A DNA stretch of 64,000 bases from Monocercomonoides exilis PA203 (Eukaryota > Protista > Preaxostyla). Positions 25,201 through 38,679 of this stretch are shown here, one piece after another. Position 1 is the first letter of the stretch. Each line of letters starts with the position of its first letter. Below the pieces are notes generated by a model. The model did no database searches and was not told the origin of the DNA. It worked only from the letters and a program-made list of their open reading frames with translations. The stretch covers positions 248,001 to 312,000 of the forward strand of contig LSRY02000040.1 of the NCBI GenBank assembly GCA_001643675.2, written 5' to 3'. The translations under genes were made by a program, and so were the position numbers.

Positions 25201-26421
25201 TCCAGCTCGTCTGGTGGGTGTGTGCTTGTTTCTTTGCTCTTCTGCCACTCACTCAGACATCTGCTTGTGATGGTCTTGCCAGCTTCTCCAGGACGCTTCC
25301 TTGAAACTGCTCGCCTTCCCGCAGAAGAAGCGTGGAGCACAGCTGCGTGTGTATAAATAGCATAACAAATAAGTTGTTTATGTTGCACTATGCTCCAGGG
25401 TAAATTATCTCCTTCATTTTGACACATCATTTTTATCCACTTTCTTCTCCTTCTTGTGCGACTTTGCAATCTGCTCGGCGGGTGTGAAATGGAAAGACCT
25501 GTATGAGTTCTTGTCGTTCATCGTCTGCGTCTCATTCAAAAGATAAAGCAGACGCTCTGTGTTTGCCTCATTCCCGCTGCACAGCGCAGCAATCAGACTC
25601 AAAATGGCCTTCCTGCTCTCTTCGTCTACCACAAAAAGGCTCTGAATGAGTTCCACTTCAGAGTTGCTACGTAAATGCGACGAGGTCTGCTTCCTCCGCG
25701 AATCGCACCGTGCAATGTTTGAGGGCAAATATGAAGAAGAAAAAGAAGAAGAAATAGGCAGCGTAACAATGGCATTTAGAAAAGCAGAAGTGGAAAGTGG
25801 CTGAATGATATCAGCTGCATCTGCAACAGCGCAGAAGAAGAGAAGGAGAAATGTCTGGAAGGCGCTTAAAAGCAGAAGAAGAAGGACAGAAGAGGAGAAA
25901 GAGCGGATCATTACGATGAGCAAAGCAAACAGTTGCTGAAGGGTTTCTTCGTCGCTTTCTGAGTTAGATGGAAGAGTTTTAGTTGAAACAGAGTTGGGCT
26001 GCTGAGAGGAATGGCCGAAGGAGGAGGAGGATGATGATGATGAGACAGAATGTGAAGATGAGTCATTTGAAGAGAAGCTGACAAGAACTCTGGCTATATC
26101 CAGATAAGATTCAATGAGTGCTGTTGATGAAACATCTGGTCTCTTCACCAAAGAATAACCAGGAGCAGATGAAGAAGAAGAAGAAGGAGAAGAAGAAGGA
26201 AATAGCAGAAGATCGAAAGTTTCCTCGAAAGGAGAGAGAAGCATACAGAGCAGAGCGAAAAGCGCGCGAAAGAGAGAAAAAGAAGATGGAACTTGTGATG
26301 GACAGCGACGATACACTTGGAAAAGAGGCACAGATGACAGAGATGGCAGAGAACCCGCTTCTTGCCCGCATTCTGATGCAGCTGGTGAATCAATACGAAA
26401 TAATCTGGATGATATACCCAA
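22214..26421 (-). pseudogene. Large ubiquitin-specific protease (USP/C19 family, USP9/24/34-like), disrupted
   Basis: Degenerate Cys box (PGA*CNINNL, ~25390); CDIHEFF; LPNTLIILLRRFDY...KINDKFEFP; His box GIINHSGTANAGH...*WYEFNND; AYILIYERK (~24130). Several in-frame stops and frameshifts. Confidence 0.8.
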
Positions 26422-26950
26422 AGAAGAAGTAGCGTGTGGCCAGAGAGTAAAGCGAAGGGACTATTTCGTTTGAGACGGAAAAGAAAAGCAGGCTATCTCG
26501 AACATAAAGCGGATCAATGCATTCGATTTTGTCTGCCTCTCGTTCATTTGGTTCTCCAACTTCTTCAATTCCCAGGCAGCCTTCATCATCTTCTGCGCAA
26601 ATGTCGATATATTTTTCTCCTTCTTCATTATTATCTCCTTTTTCTTCTTCTTCTCATTCTCCTTTGCCTTTTTCTGCTTCTTCACCTTCTCCTCTATAAT
26701 CATTTTAACATTTTTCCTCGTCTTCTCCACTTCTTGCTTCTTTATTTCTTTCAACTGCTTCAACTCCTTCCTCTTCATCCCCGACATCACCTTCAGATGG
26801 AATATCTCCAACTTCTCAGGATTTTGCATCTCCACCCCGAGACAAAATACACCAATTATTTTTCAAACTCAGTCGGCGCCTCGTTCGAGTTCTTCATCCA
26901 AATGCCATGGATTTTCTTATTCGTCAGGAGGAGCAAATGCTCATTCATCA

Positions 26951-27634
26951 TTGGACTACTCGACTTCATTCACGATGCCTTATCTTCTTTTCCCACCGAC
27001 TGGGCCACTTCCAATTTCCCAGCAGATCCCATCAAATCGATACAATCGAAATCCACAAGGATCATCTTCACAGAGCGTGTCTGTTGGGAATGTTGTGCCT
27101 CTGGGTGTCTCTTCTGCTTCATTTGTTTCGTCTGCTAATGTGGCTGAGAAGATTCCGTCTGTGATGCCCATTGAAGGAATTTCTGGAAAACCTCCGCTGA
27201 CAGACTTCACCATTCTTCTAACACAAATGACGCAAGCTTTCCTGCCTCCTCCATATCCCCCTCAAATAGCATCATTCTTTTCGCCTTCTGAGCTATTCCA
27301 CCACACAAATCGCCCATCACGCTCGACCTCTTCTGATCTTTCATCATATTCCTCCACTTCATCATCTCATCCACCAAATGGAGGCAATTTTCTTTCGAGT
27401 TCTCAGAAAACATCTCATCCAGCTGGCGATCAAACTGATAAGAACATCCAAAAATCATCTGCTTTCTGTTGTTTGTCATCATCTGCAGCATCTGAATATG
27501 AAAGTATAAATAATAATTACAATAATAACTGTTATAACAACAACATTAGAAGCAAGCAGACTTCATCAACTAAAATGAGCAAAGGAAAGGAAACAGAAGC
27601 TGATGGTAACGCGAAACTCAAATCATCAGCATAA
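26951..27634 (+). CDS. Possible Ser/Pro-rich hypothetical protein fragment
   Basis: 227-codon low-complexity open frame with a non-ATG start in the track; no domain. Confidence 0.3.
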   Translation: MDYSTSFTMPYLLFPPTGPLPISQQIPSNRYNRNPQGSSSQSVSVGNVVPLGVSSASFVSSANVAEKIPSVMPIEGISGKPPLTDFTILLTQMTQAFLPPPYPPQIASFFSPSELFHHTNRPSRSTSSDLSSYSSTSSSHPPNGGNFLSSSQKTSHPAGDQTDKNIQKSSAFCCLSSSAASEYESINNNYNNNCYNNNIRSKQTSSTKMSKGKETEADGNAKLKSSA

Positions 27635-27679
27635 ACACAGCACTATCATCTCATGATATGTGATCCACTTCACAAGAAT

Positions 27680-27790
27680 CTTCTTCTTCTTCTCCTTCTT
27701 TTCCTTCTTCTCCTTCTTCTCCTTCTTTTCCTTCTTCTCCTTCTTTTCCTTCTTCTCCTTCTTCTCCTTCTTCTCCTCCTTTTCCACCTC
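27680..27790. repeat. Pyrimidine 9-bp minisatellite (TTCTCCTTC/TTTTCCTTC)n
   Basis: Direct tandem repeat; reads EKE on the minus strand. Confidence 0.85.
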
Positions 27791-29192
27791 CTTCTATTCT
27801 TTCTCTTCCACACTCACTAAAAAATTTCTCCTCTTCATTAAAGATGCATGTTTCGAAGTGTCTCTCACATTTCGCACATGTTCTGTTGGCTTATTTTTCG
27901 AGGCGATGAAGGAAGCAATACAAAAAGGGAGAAACAGAATATGAGTTCCAAAAATAATTATTTCACCACCAAGAGAAAAATAGACAAAAGGATATAAGAA
28001 AACTCAGATAATAATCCTGCTTCATTCATCATCTCATTTTCCTTTTCAGCAACATCTATTGAAGCAAATTGCAGGATAAGCCTTCAGAAAGAAGTCTAAG
28101 ATGAAAGTGATAGAAGAGAGGAGACAAAACAGAACAGCAAAATATTGAACTTAGGCAGCTTGGCATTTCATGCGAATGTTATCGAAACAATTTGTATTCC
28201 GCAATTTTTTCTGCTTTCCCTGATTGTTTTCTCAATTTCTCATCTTTGACATCATCCTTCTCCACGTTCTCCTCTTTTTCTTTTTCTTTTTCTGTTATTT
28301 TTTTCATTAAATATCTCCTTCGGACACTCCTTTCGGGTGCACATCTCCGTTTTCACATCCTGTGTTATTCAAGTCAATGCTCATGTTCATTGATTCCCTT
28401 TCACAACATTTCTAGCTCCCGGGAATGTGACCTTTTTCATCTATCTCCTATTTCTCTCCAACGCTTTCCATCAACAAGTTATTCCCTCTCTCCTTGAATC
28501 ACGGCCCTTCTCTTTCTGCAATGGTATTGGATGCACCGATGACAGTTCAGGTTGAACTGGATGATCTGTACATGAAATTGCTTTAAATGTCTCCTGCTTC
28601 TGTATTGTCTGCTGCATGTAGATATGCTATTTCGAATATGGATTACGTGAAGAAAAGTCATAACGCATCAGTCCTGTCGAATGTGACAAACCACCAGCAG
28701 AATTTGTATATGCAGTTCATCTTCACGTGTTCAAAACAAAAGCGAAGAGAACAACAAAAAAACAACATAACAAACATCTATTTTAGTCGATCCAACAAAT
28801 GGAGAAGTTAAAAGTTCCAGTAGATATCGATTATGCAGTCACTAGCTTTCCACACAGTTGCCTCTCAAATACATACTTCTTTCTCCGATGCTGGTTCTGA
28901 TACTGTTTGCACGTATTTCTTCCTTTCCATCTTTTCTCTCTTCTTCAGTATTGGAACAAGAAGAAACTGCTTTTTCTGTTCCGACTTTGATGAAAATTAA
29001 CATGAATCAACACTCATTTGCGGATCTCACCAAAGCGTCGCTTTCTGTTTCTCCGTCTTCATTCTCCTGATTTTTTATCTAATTTCAATTCAAATTCATT
29101 TCCTTTTTTATGAATTCCTCTCCACACTTATACAATAAAATGTCTTTCCTCTTCTCTTCTATCTTCATTTCATTTTGAAACATGGGTTTATA

Positions 29193-31688
29193 CCATTGGT
29201 GCAAAAACCGAGACCTTTTGCGTAACGCGGAACTTTTTATGAAACTGAACATAGATAATATTTTTCATTTTATGAAATTTTTTTATGAAATTCTCCTTTA
29301 TTTATCAATAAATTTAAAAAATCATTTCATGTTTGTTATCAAACGGTTTCAAAACCGATGAAATGATAGAAAAACCATTCAACGATATTGAAAACCAGAA
29401 TAACATGTTTCTTTGCACATGTTAAACACTTCTGAATTACAATTAAGATATAGTCAATAGCTAATTGAACAAATGATTAATCGATTTCAATTTCATTATT
29501 CATATTTTTCTTCTAGCATTTTCTTTTTCAAGAAGTAGTTTTCTCCAGCCTCCTTTTCTTTTTGAGAGATTATTGGAGATATGCATCTTGTCATCACGCC
29601 AACATGTCTCACTCTTGAAGCTGTCATACGTTTTGCCTTCCCCTTTGTTTTGGTGATTGATTCTTTTAATTCTTCTTCTTCAAATGTCCCCTTTTTTTCG
29701 GAATATCCAGTATTCTTCTTTTTTCTGATTTCTTCATGTCAGAAATTGAATTTTCTTCATTCACAATTGTCACTTTCACTTTTTTCATAACGTTCAAGTT
29801 TTCATCCTCATCTTCCTTTGAATCTGTTGCATCTTCCAATTGCTTCTTTATTTGTGCAACACGGTTGCATAAAACATCCAGCTCTCTTTGTAAGTCCTCT
29901 GCGTCTTTAAGGCAACTTGGTTGTGTTATTGCAGATTTTTCATCAAAATTCGTTTTTTTATCCTTTTTCTTTGTCTGTGAAAATTGTCCAAACAATTCCG
30001 ATTGAAAATCCGTGGATGACTTGAAAACTTTCTTCTCTCCTGAGATTTGCTTTAAAGATCCACAAACTCGTGATAAAACTTCAGTTGATGCAATAGGACA
30101 AACGCCTGTTTTCAAAAAAACAGTTCTGATTGTGGAAAGCTGAACTGTTGTGCTGTTATATCTCATGGAAATCGAAAAAAGGAAAACCTGTATGTTCGCA
30201 ATTGAAATGGATATGGTCTATGAAGCAAGTTGATTTGCACAAATTAAACCATGGAAGAAATGCAACTGTTAAAAGGTTGTGGAAATGAGTAATATTCTGA
30301 GGGAAATACTTAATAATTACATGGGAATTTCTTGTAGCTGTGATAACTTCAGATCAGAAATACGAAACATGATAATCCATCAGAAATAATTCTCTCCGTT
30401 AGCAAGTTGGCTTCACCTTCTCTTTTGTTTGAAATAACAAATCATTGATAATAATAGTAATGAATTAATCATTTGTGATTTATCTGGAGCTGGCGTTGAG
30501 ATGTTTGATGGAAAATGAAGGAAAATTCGAAAACTCTGCAGGGATCGTCCTGTTTGGTCACAGCAAATAATGATTCAAACAAGAGCCATCAGAACACACT
30601 CAAAAACAAATAGTTGCATTCGAGACCTTTTGTGGAGTTGGAGGAAAAGGAGGAAGTTGATCCTTTGGGCAAACAACAAGTTTTGACGCTTCTTGTCCAC
30701 ATCGAACAGAAGTTTCGTCAAAATTGAAAATGGCTGATCCAATGATATCATACTTTTTAACCAAGTCAGCCAAATCAGCAAACCATGTTCTTATAAATTC
30801 TTGTGATTGTGCAATAATCTTTACAGCTTCCAACGGTTTCGCAATAGCAGTGTGAATGATTTCGCTTCTTTTCAACAATTTGAAAGCATATTTCTTATCA
30901 AAAGTTACCTCTTTGTTTGCAATCTCCTTTCTTTTTTGCTTCAACTCAACACACTGAAATAGAAAAAAAATCAATAGGATTTCACGCAAGATAACAGAAA
31001 AGCTATTGATTGAACATCTGAAACTCTCACAATTTCATGTTCAGATAATTATGAAAATACCTGATTCTCAATTATTTCCAATTCTGAATCTGAAATCGCA
31101 AGTTCCGGACCAATCCTTCCAACTTCTCGCCCTTCCTTTTCTGCTATTTTTGCACTGTACCAAGATGATTTATAAATCTATAGATCTTTTGGAGCTTCTC
31201 TGCATGTATTTTGAATTTCTGACTTTGCTTCAAAAAGTTTTTGCGATCTGAATTTATTTTTTCAATAGCAAGATTTTGCAATAACTTTTTGCAACTTGCA
31301 AATGTTTGTTTGAGTTTTTTCCATCACGCATGATGGAATTGATCGAAGCAATTAAAAATCCGTTTTGAAAAAACACAAAGTGAAATCAAGAAAAATCATA
31401 TGTAATATTATTTCTTTTTTGTTTTATCAATGTGTATATTTGTTTCGTCATAAATTTCTTTGATATTTCTCTAATATCAGAAAATTTATTAATGTTTTTC
31501 ATGTGAAAAACTATATCAACACAAGAAAATAGTGCGCATAAAATTTTTATTTTCCTTCGAGTTTCTAATATTTTAAATTGTCTTTTGTTTGTTTGAAAAA
31601 GAAATAAGCATTGCCAACAACAGCAATTTATTTCTGGATTGCGAATAGTACCTGGTTTCGCGAAAGGTCTCGGTTTTGGCGCCAATGG
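29193..31688 (-). mobile_element. pogo-like transposon E6 with decayed DDE_1 transposase
   Basis: ~42-bp TIRs: CCATTGGTGCAAAAACCGAGACCTTTTGCG, and reverse complement of the right end CCATTGGCGCCAAAACCGAGACCTTTCGCG. TA TSD at 29191-2 and 31689-90. Minus-strand fragments with IFNFDETS and KTGVCPI. Confidence 0.88.
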
Positions 31689-32680
31689 TACGTTGTTTTA
31701 TCAATTTTTTTTTGTTTGAAAATATACATGCCAAATGAACGTCAAATCCTTTCTTTCAGTTTTTTAAAGTTTGCATTTTCTTCATCTCATCTTTTTTCTA
31801 ACAACGCATTTTCAAGTCCTTCAATTCTCAATGAAGTATTATAAAAACAATTTTCACATCAAATTTATGGTTTATTCAAGAAGTTCATATCTAACTTCTG
31901 TTTTTGAGAACTTTTCATTTAATCAGTTTTCCATTTATCAGTTGAATGAATTATAAGGAAGATAATTTTTTATATTTTTCCAGTTCCCGTGTTACGAAGA
32001 GTCGGTATGGAACCAAAATTTCTGAATTTTTGAATTCGTTATCACCAGAAAACCCGGAATGGTGTTTAATGCACTTCCTGTTGCATTACAATAAATGAAA
32101 ACAATTACGGGAAGCTGTTGAAGTCTTCATTCAAAGTATTTTTTAAATTTGTTTTTAATTTGAATTTTTTTCTATTATTTATAATATTAATATTTATGCA
32201 TATTTAAATGAAATGATTTTCAATAAAGAGAAAATCCAATACACTCTAAGAAAGCAAGCTGTGCTGTTCAACTCTTTGAATTGCAAATAGAAAATCAGCT
32301 TAATGGGATCACTTTCTTTGGATTTTTCTTTTGGTGAACTGACAAGCCATAGCTTAGTCCTGACTTGTGGGGAGTATTATTCCTCTCGCGAGAAAAGCAA
32401 ACAACAAAACTGGCCTGAAATCCAACAAAACCGTAAGGAAAGCTTCAGCAAAAAAGGCATGTGAAGTTTTTTATTTGACAAAAGATGATTTGAAACAAAC
32501 GTTTGATTTTGAAAATGTTTCTCTTCAAAAAGCAGATAACCAACATGAAAGGATTGAAAGTTGGCTCTTGTGCCACAGTTCATCGAGTTGCAAGAACGGA
32601 AGAGGAAGGAATAAACGTATTTAGTTTTTTATCATTATGCATAGTTGTTAATTACGTTGTTATAATATTCAATAAAATAT

Positions 32681-32935
32681 GGGTGATTATTTTTGAAATC
32701 ATATTTTTTCAAACAAAATTTTCTGTTCAGGATTTTCTCTCGAATATCAATTGAAAAAAATTGAAATATGGAAAGGCTTATTGTAAACATTTGAATCTTT
32801 GATTCGGAAAAATAGTATGTTTTTAAAACAGTTGTGGTAATTGAAGCATTTGATTACAAAATTTAATCCGAATGATCAACCATCTTTGAAAAAACAACAC
32901 ACAGAAAAAAGTGATGATTTCAAAAATAATCACCC
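32681..32935. mobile_element. MITE with GGGTGATT termini and 4-bp TSD ATAT (Sola2-like)
   Basis: ATAT|GGGTGATTATTTTTGAAATCAT ... ATGATTTCAAAAATAATCACCC|ATAT. Confidence 0.85.
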
Positions 32936-33549
32936 ATATATATTAACATATGTTGAATAATTTTCACTTTTAAAATGAAATATTCTAAGCTGATAGAGCA
33001 AAAGCACAGACAACTTCCATCGATCCTCAGACTTCATTCAATCATTTGGCAGAAAGCCCTGCTTGTGTTGATTGTGCAGTTGATGAAGATCTCACATGCT
33101 TGATAACTTAACTTATGCCAAACATCACTCACAACCACAACAATTAAAATGTTGAAGAAATTTACACATCACATGAAACAGGCCAACAATCAAATTCTTC
33201 TTCTATAAGTGAAACTAATTATTTGTCAAAAAAAAAGAGATTAAAGAAAAAATATCCAACAAAAATAAAGATAAAATTGAAAATAATAACACTATTCATC
33301 AAATCATCAGTTATCATCAAAAAAATCGTCTTGAAAATGACGAAAAAACTTGCAAAAAAGAATTGAAAGGATGTGAAAAAGAAAAAGCAGTTTTCAGAAA
33401 ATGAAAAAAAATAATTGAAAAAACGAAAAAGCAACTTTATGATGATATGAAAAAAGAAATAGATGCAAAAAATATCATATTCTTCATTTTGAAGGAAAAC
33501 GAGAAATTTTCAAAAAGCAAAGAAAAGAACAGATTTTTGCGACGTATGC

Positions 33550-34450
33550 ATGAAAGGAGAATATTTAGAAAATAAAGAGAGAGAATTTTTGAGAAATGGG
33601 AAAAAATTGAGTGAGAAAGAAAAGGAAGAAATGCAGTTGACAAATGAACAAAAGAAAATGGCAACTGCCCATAGAGAGTTTTTTTATAATATGAAAAATA
33701 AATTGAAAGAAAACGAAGCAATAATCCTTATGGATTTTAAGGAAAACTGGTCGCTACCCATTTCAAATAATGAAACTGGGAGGAGCTTTTTTTCCCAAGA
33801 AACAAATTTCTCATTTGTGTTTTGTTGTTTTTTAAGTTGATAATTTTGGAATTTTAAAAGAATGTTGTTTTTGTATTTTTTTTGAAATATTATCTCACGA
33901 TTATCGTTTTGTTTGTGAATGTATTTTTAAATTAAAAAAAATTTGATATTTTTATAAATGTTGATTCCTTTCATTTTTTTTTCTTTTTTTTTGCGACAAT
34001 GTGCCGCATTTTAGAAATTCAAGAATTTTATATTTATTATTTTCTGATAATTCTTTTCTTTTTAAAAATAAACACTGCTCGCTGTCGTTTTTTGCTGAAC
34101 ACCATGGAAAAAACGACTGCGACAGTGAATTTGGTTTTTTGATGAATTTTATAAATAATAATTTGGAAAATAAAATATAAAACAATATTTTTGATTTGAA
34201 TGTTTTTTTTGTGCTTTGATTGTAATTGATATTTATTTAATGTTAATAATAATTCCACAATTTATATTTCAAATTATATCTTATCTTAATCAGCATCTGC
34301 ATCTTCTTATTCTATGTCATCTGCTTCGACAGAATAATTGAATACGAAAAAAGCACAAACAAAACATTATTTTTTTACAGAGTGTATTAAAAATGAAATT
34401 CATTATATTCATTCATCTTTCTTTATTTATTCATTTCTCTCATTATTTAT
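33550..34450 (+). pseudogene. Sola-like (probably Sola2-type) DDD transposase remnant
   Basis: Motifs IILMDFKENW, LSHDYRFV, FCDNVPHFRN and FFAEHHGKNDCDSEFG across frameshifts. The family assignment is from motif recall. Confidence 0.6.
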
Positions 34451-36353
34451 TTCTCTTTTTATTTCTCTCTCTTTCTTTCTCTTTTATTTTCTCTATTTTT
34501 TTTTCTTCATTTCTCTATTTATGAATTGGTGAATGTTTCCATTCATCAGGCATCAAGAGTTTTTGGAAAGTTACTGAAGTGAGCTTGTTGAAAAAAACAT
34601 GAAAAGTTTTTTATTCTTCAGGAAAAATAATGGAAAATTGACGCAATAACCATTAAGCATCTATTTGAATACAGGCATAATTGACATGACTTTCAAAAAA
34701 TAAATATGAGAAAAGACAATAAAAAAAATATTTGACGAAAACAGAAATAAAGACAAAGAAACAGAAGACACAAAAAAAGAAAGCTTTGGAAAAAATGTGC
34801 GAAAAGAAATTGAAAATTCGTTGAAAATATAGAATTTAAAAACAATGAAAAAACTTGTTTTGACAATGATAATACCGATAATGACAGTTGTGTGAACCAA
34901 ATAAATGCATATGAAAAATGTTCAGGTATGTCAAAGGTATGTTTCTTAAATTCGAATTTTTGTAATTCTTTTTGTGAAAATTCTTTATCATATAATTTTC
35001 AAAGTAATGTTAATCAGGAAAATAGTTTTTCAATGACGCTTGATAACAGTTTTTCTTTTAATGGCATCAATGATGAAATAACGGATATGGAAAATGAACG
35101 TGTGCTGAAGCTTTTTATGTGCAAAGCATAAAAAAATTGTTTCACCAATAACATTATTAAACTTTACCAGATTTCAAAATAATTTTGATTTTCATAACTG
35201 AAAACAAACATCATGGTTGTAATCGCAAAATGTTTAGTGACTTCACATGTATTTCAAAAAACAAACCCATTTTTTTCAAAATTTTTAATCACAAAAAGAT
35301 CATCTAAGGTGTAAAATTTTTCAATGAAAATGCCTGAAGTCAAATATTTTGTCCCAAATGGGAAATGAAGGAATGCTGAATTCGATGTCAATGAAAGAAG
35401 AATTTTAAATGAATTATGTTTCAATTAAAAAACAATAAAGAATAATAAATAAATTGTTGCTTTTGCTTATCCAATGAGTTATTTAATTATTAAGAACGAG
35501 GACAAGACTAAACCCGTCCTGTTTTTTTGTTGAAAAACGCAAAAAAACTTGAAGGCCTTGGATCCAAGTATTGTTTCCCAGGAAAGCTTGCAAATTATTT
35601 TTTGTGAATAATAAATATGTGGAATTTAATGAAAAAGGGGAAAAAATTGGATAAAGGGTAATAGTTTTATTTGAAATATAGATTATAGGTATTTTAAATG
35701 TGTGGAACAAAAGTCGGAAACAAAATATTTTGTTCCATATGTTGTTATTTTTTATTTGTATATTTTGTTTTTATCTATGTTTTTGTTGTTTTCTCATTTT
35801 GATTCGGATTTTTTGAAACTCTTAAATTTCGTAATTGTGACTCAGCTGTTAACTTTCACTGTTGAAATCGAGCCAACTTTGTTTATGTTTTGAACAATTA
35901 ACATTTTCATATTCATTTTTTTTGAAGAATTTCTATATTTATAAAAAAAAACATTTTTGTGTTTTCTTAACTGATATGTGTTGATTATTCAATCATTTTT
36001 CAATATTTTTGCATATTGAATAAAAAATAAAAAGAAAATGTGATTTTATTGATTCTTTTTTGTGTTTTTTCTTTTTTAAGAAAATATTAATGAAATGAAA
36101 AATCCAAATGAAACTAGTTTTAAATATTGAATAGATATATGAAAATTACTCTAATCATTATAATAAATCATCAACAATTATTATCAAATAATGTCAAATA
36201 TGAAATTTGCGGTTATGTTAGAACTTCAATAATTTTTCAAAACTTTTATTTTTTGTTTCAAAATATCATGAAAAACAAATAAATAAAAGCATAATGAATT
36301 GAAATTATATGAAAACCAACTATTTTCAAAACAAACAAATAACGAAAATTTTC

Positions 36354-36585
36354 TGATCATCACAACCAGAATGAAAATGATCGGATGTGACTGAGTCACA
36401 TCCAATTTGACTGAGTCTCAATGGCATTAGATCGATCTTATTGGATGTTGACCGATCTAATGCCATTTGACGAAGTCAAATCAATCAAGTTCTTTTGGAA
36501 AATGAGATTTTTTGAATTGAATGCATAATTTTGATTTGACTCAATCAATTTGCATTTAGTCGGTCTTATTTGATATGAATTAGTC
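36354..36585. repeat. 232-bp hairpin-rich repeat; identical inverted copy at 63514-63745
   Basis: Exact reverse-complement match by eye. Internal palindrome GGATGTGACTGAGTCACATCC and stem AATGGCATTAGATCG...CGATCTAATGCCATT. Confidence 0.92.
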
Positions 36586-36875
36586 AAAACTGAATTGAGA
36601 AGATTTTTAAGGTGATCAAAAAATCAAAAATTATGAAACAAATTTATCAGCCTGGATGCCTGATAAATCACTTGAAGTTTCGTCCTTCACAAGAAAACAA
36701 ATAAATAAAAAATAAATAAATAATGAATGAAAAATAAAAAAAAAAATAAAAATAAATAAAAATAAATAAAAAATTAATAAAAATAAATAAATAAAAAATT
36801 AATAAAAATAAATAAAAACAAAAAAAATATAAGTTTTTACAAAGCACTTGCCTCATAAAAGAAAGGAAGATATAT

Positions 36876-38250
36876 GTGCTTTGTTGTACGACCTCCTTTA
36901 TTGGACAGACAAAAAAATCTATTTTTTGTGAATCAATGGTGGGGGTTGTTTCAAAATATTCATATCTTTACGCTAAACAAATGAGACAGATGATTTCGTT
37001 GTGTTTTCTTTATTGCTTGATAATTAAAATTTATTATGATTTTTGTCTGACTCATTTTTCTCTTTTTGAAAGATCAGGGAAATAGATGGATGACATTTAT
37101 ATTTCAAGAATACAGACTTAATTATTTTTCCTCAATTTATCAGAATTGAATTTCATTAACCCTAATTAACTTCCAACTGCAAGGGAAGCACACTCAACAA
37201 AAGATTGACAGACTCAATGGTTTGACAAAGTGAAAACATTTTATGATGAGTTCAGATTAACAACTGAACTCATTTTCAATCTTGATGAAGATTATTTAAT
37301 TGTTTTAGTTGTTAGGTCAGTCAAATTGGAAAGCACTGAAGATACATGGGTGATTCTATTTATAAAGTCACAATTGTTTAATTTTCAAATAAATCAAAAA
37401 TTTCATATTTTGCTTATATTTTTGTTAACATGCACCAAACTTCTTTAATATAAAATCTATTTCTGGATAATACCATTTCAAACATTCTTGAGGAGATTCG
37501 TGAGTGAAAGCAGATATTTGAGCAAAATATGAAATTTTTGATTTATTTGAAAATTAAACATTTGTGACTTTTCAAAAAAAATCACCCACATATGTTCCGT
37601 TTGTTACTTAACCAGTCTCACCTCCATCAATTTTTTCGATCTTTCTTAATTAGGCGGATGGTGTGAGGAATCATATTGTGTTGAAAAAAAAAGTCAAAAA
37701 TATCCAAATTTTACTTCTAAAAGTCAGTGAATCTCAGATGAGATTCAAAGAAGATGAAACTTGCTCAATGACAAAAGATTGTTTTCAAATGGTATTTGAA
37801 AGAGTTGTCATCTTATCCATTCCATACGAAAGAATAATTATCAATTGAAAAGATTTTTACTGTTTGTCTTTATGGATTATCTTGAAGCTGATTTGCAAAC
37901 TCTAACAATACAACAGGAAAAAATTTATATTGTTGTTTTGTGTTTTCCATTATTTCATATGTCATATCATGTCTAGCAATTGTGTCAATGTGTCAAAGCC
38001 TCATTTAAGAATTCAATGAAAACAACTTATAATAAACACATTATCCTTTTGACAGAAAAAAGAATCGCGAATTATCAAATATTGCAATGCTCTTCACACA
38101 GCCTTATAGCCCTTTTTAATTGCAGCTTTAATATAGAAATAAAAGAATATGGATATTCAATACAAACATTTCTAAATTAAAACTGACTTAGAAAAAACCA
38201 GAATTTAAAAAGCATCAGAAAAAATTATAAATTAGATAAAATTTATTTTC
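36876..38250 (+). pseudogene. Decayed pogo-like DDE_1 transposase (paralogue of 58730-59993), interrupted by a MITE
   Basis: LPTAREAHSTK, FYDEFRLTTELIFNLDE, DETCSMTKDCFQMVFERV. Confidence 0.75.
37348..37587. mobile_element. MITE with GGGTGATT termini and 4-bp TSD ACAT
   Basis: ACAT|GGGTGATT...AATCACCC|ACAT with ~65-bp TIRs; splits the 36.9-38.2 kb transposase. Confidence 0.88.
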
Positions 38251-38679
38251 AATAAGAAAAAGCCTAACACATCTCAACAAAATGATCACATTTGTGAACA
38301 TGTTCATTCATTCTTTCTTTATATAACTGATATTCAATGTGATTTTTACAGAAAATATTGCTCCAAAAGTTTTATGAAATCGAAAGTTATAAAAAAGGCT
38401 TTTCATGAAAATATTAAACAATTGTCTGAAAGAAAAGGAAGAAAAGATCTATAAAACACGCATTGTTCTTAAATTAAATAATAAATACACTCAACTCAAA
38501 CTGGTCAAGTCAAATAAAATTTTAAATAATAAAGAAATTGATGTTTATTTTTATTTCTGAAAATGGTTTTTTTTTGATTTATTTATTCATATTTTTTTAA
38601 TATTTGTTTTTTTAATTTTAATTTGAATTAAAATTTATAAACAAAAAAAAATGAATTATTGGATTGATTTTAGTCATTT

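Noticed and set aside
22768-26432. Plus-strand ORFs opposite the USP gene (e.g. 23520-24116, 26118-26432)
   Set aside because: Antisense shadows of Ser/Phe/Leu-rich codons; the conserved motifs are on the minus strand.
36690-36830. A-rich tract (and poly-T at 17101-17155) as retrotransposon tails
   Set aside because: No RT or endonuclease remnants or TSDs nearby; simple low-complexity sequence.
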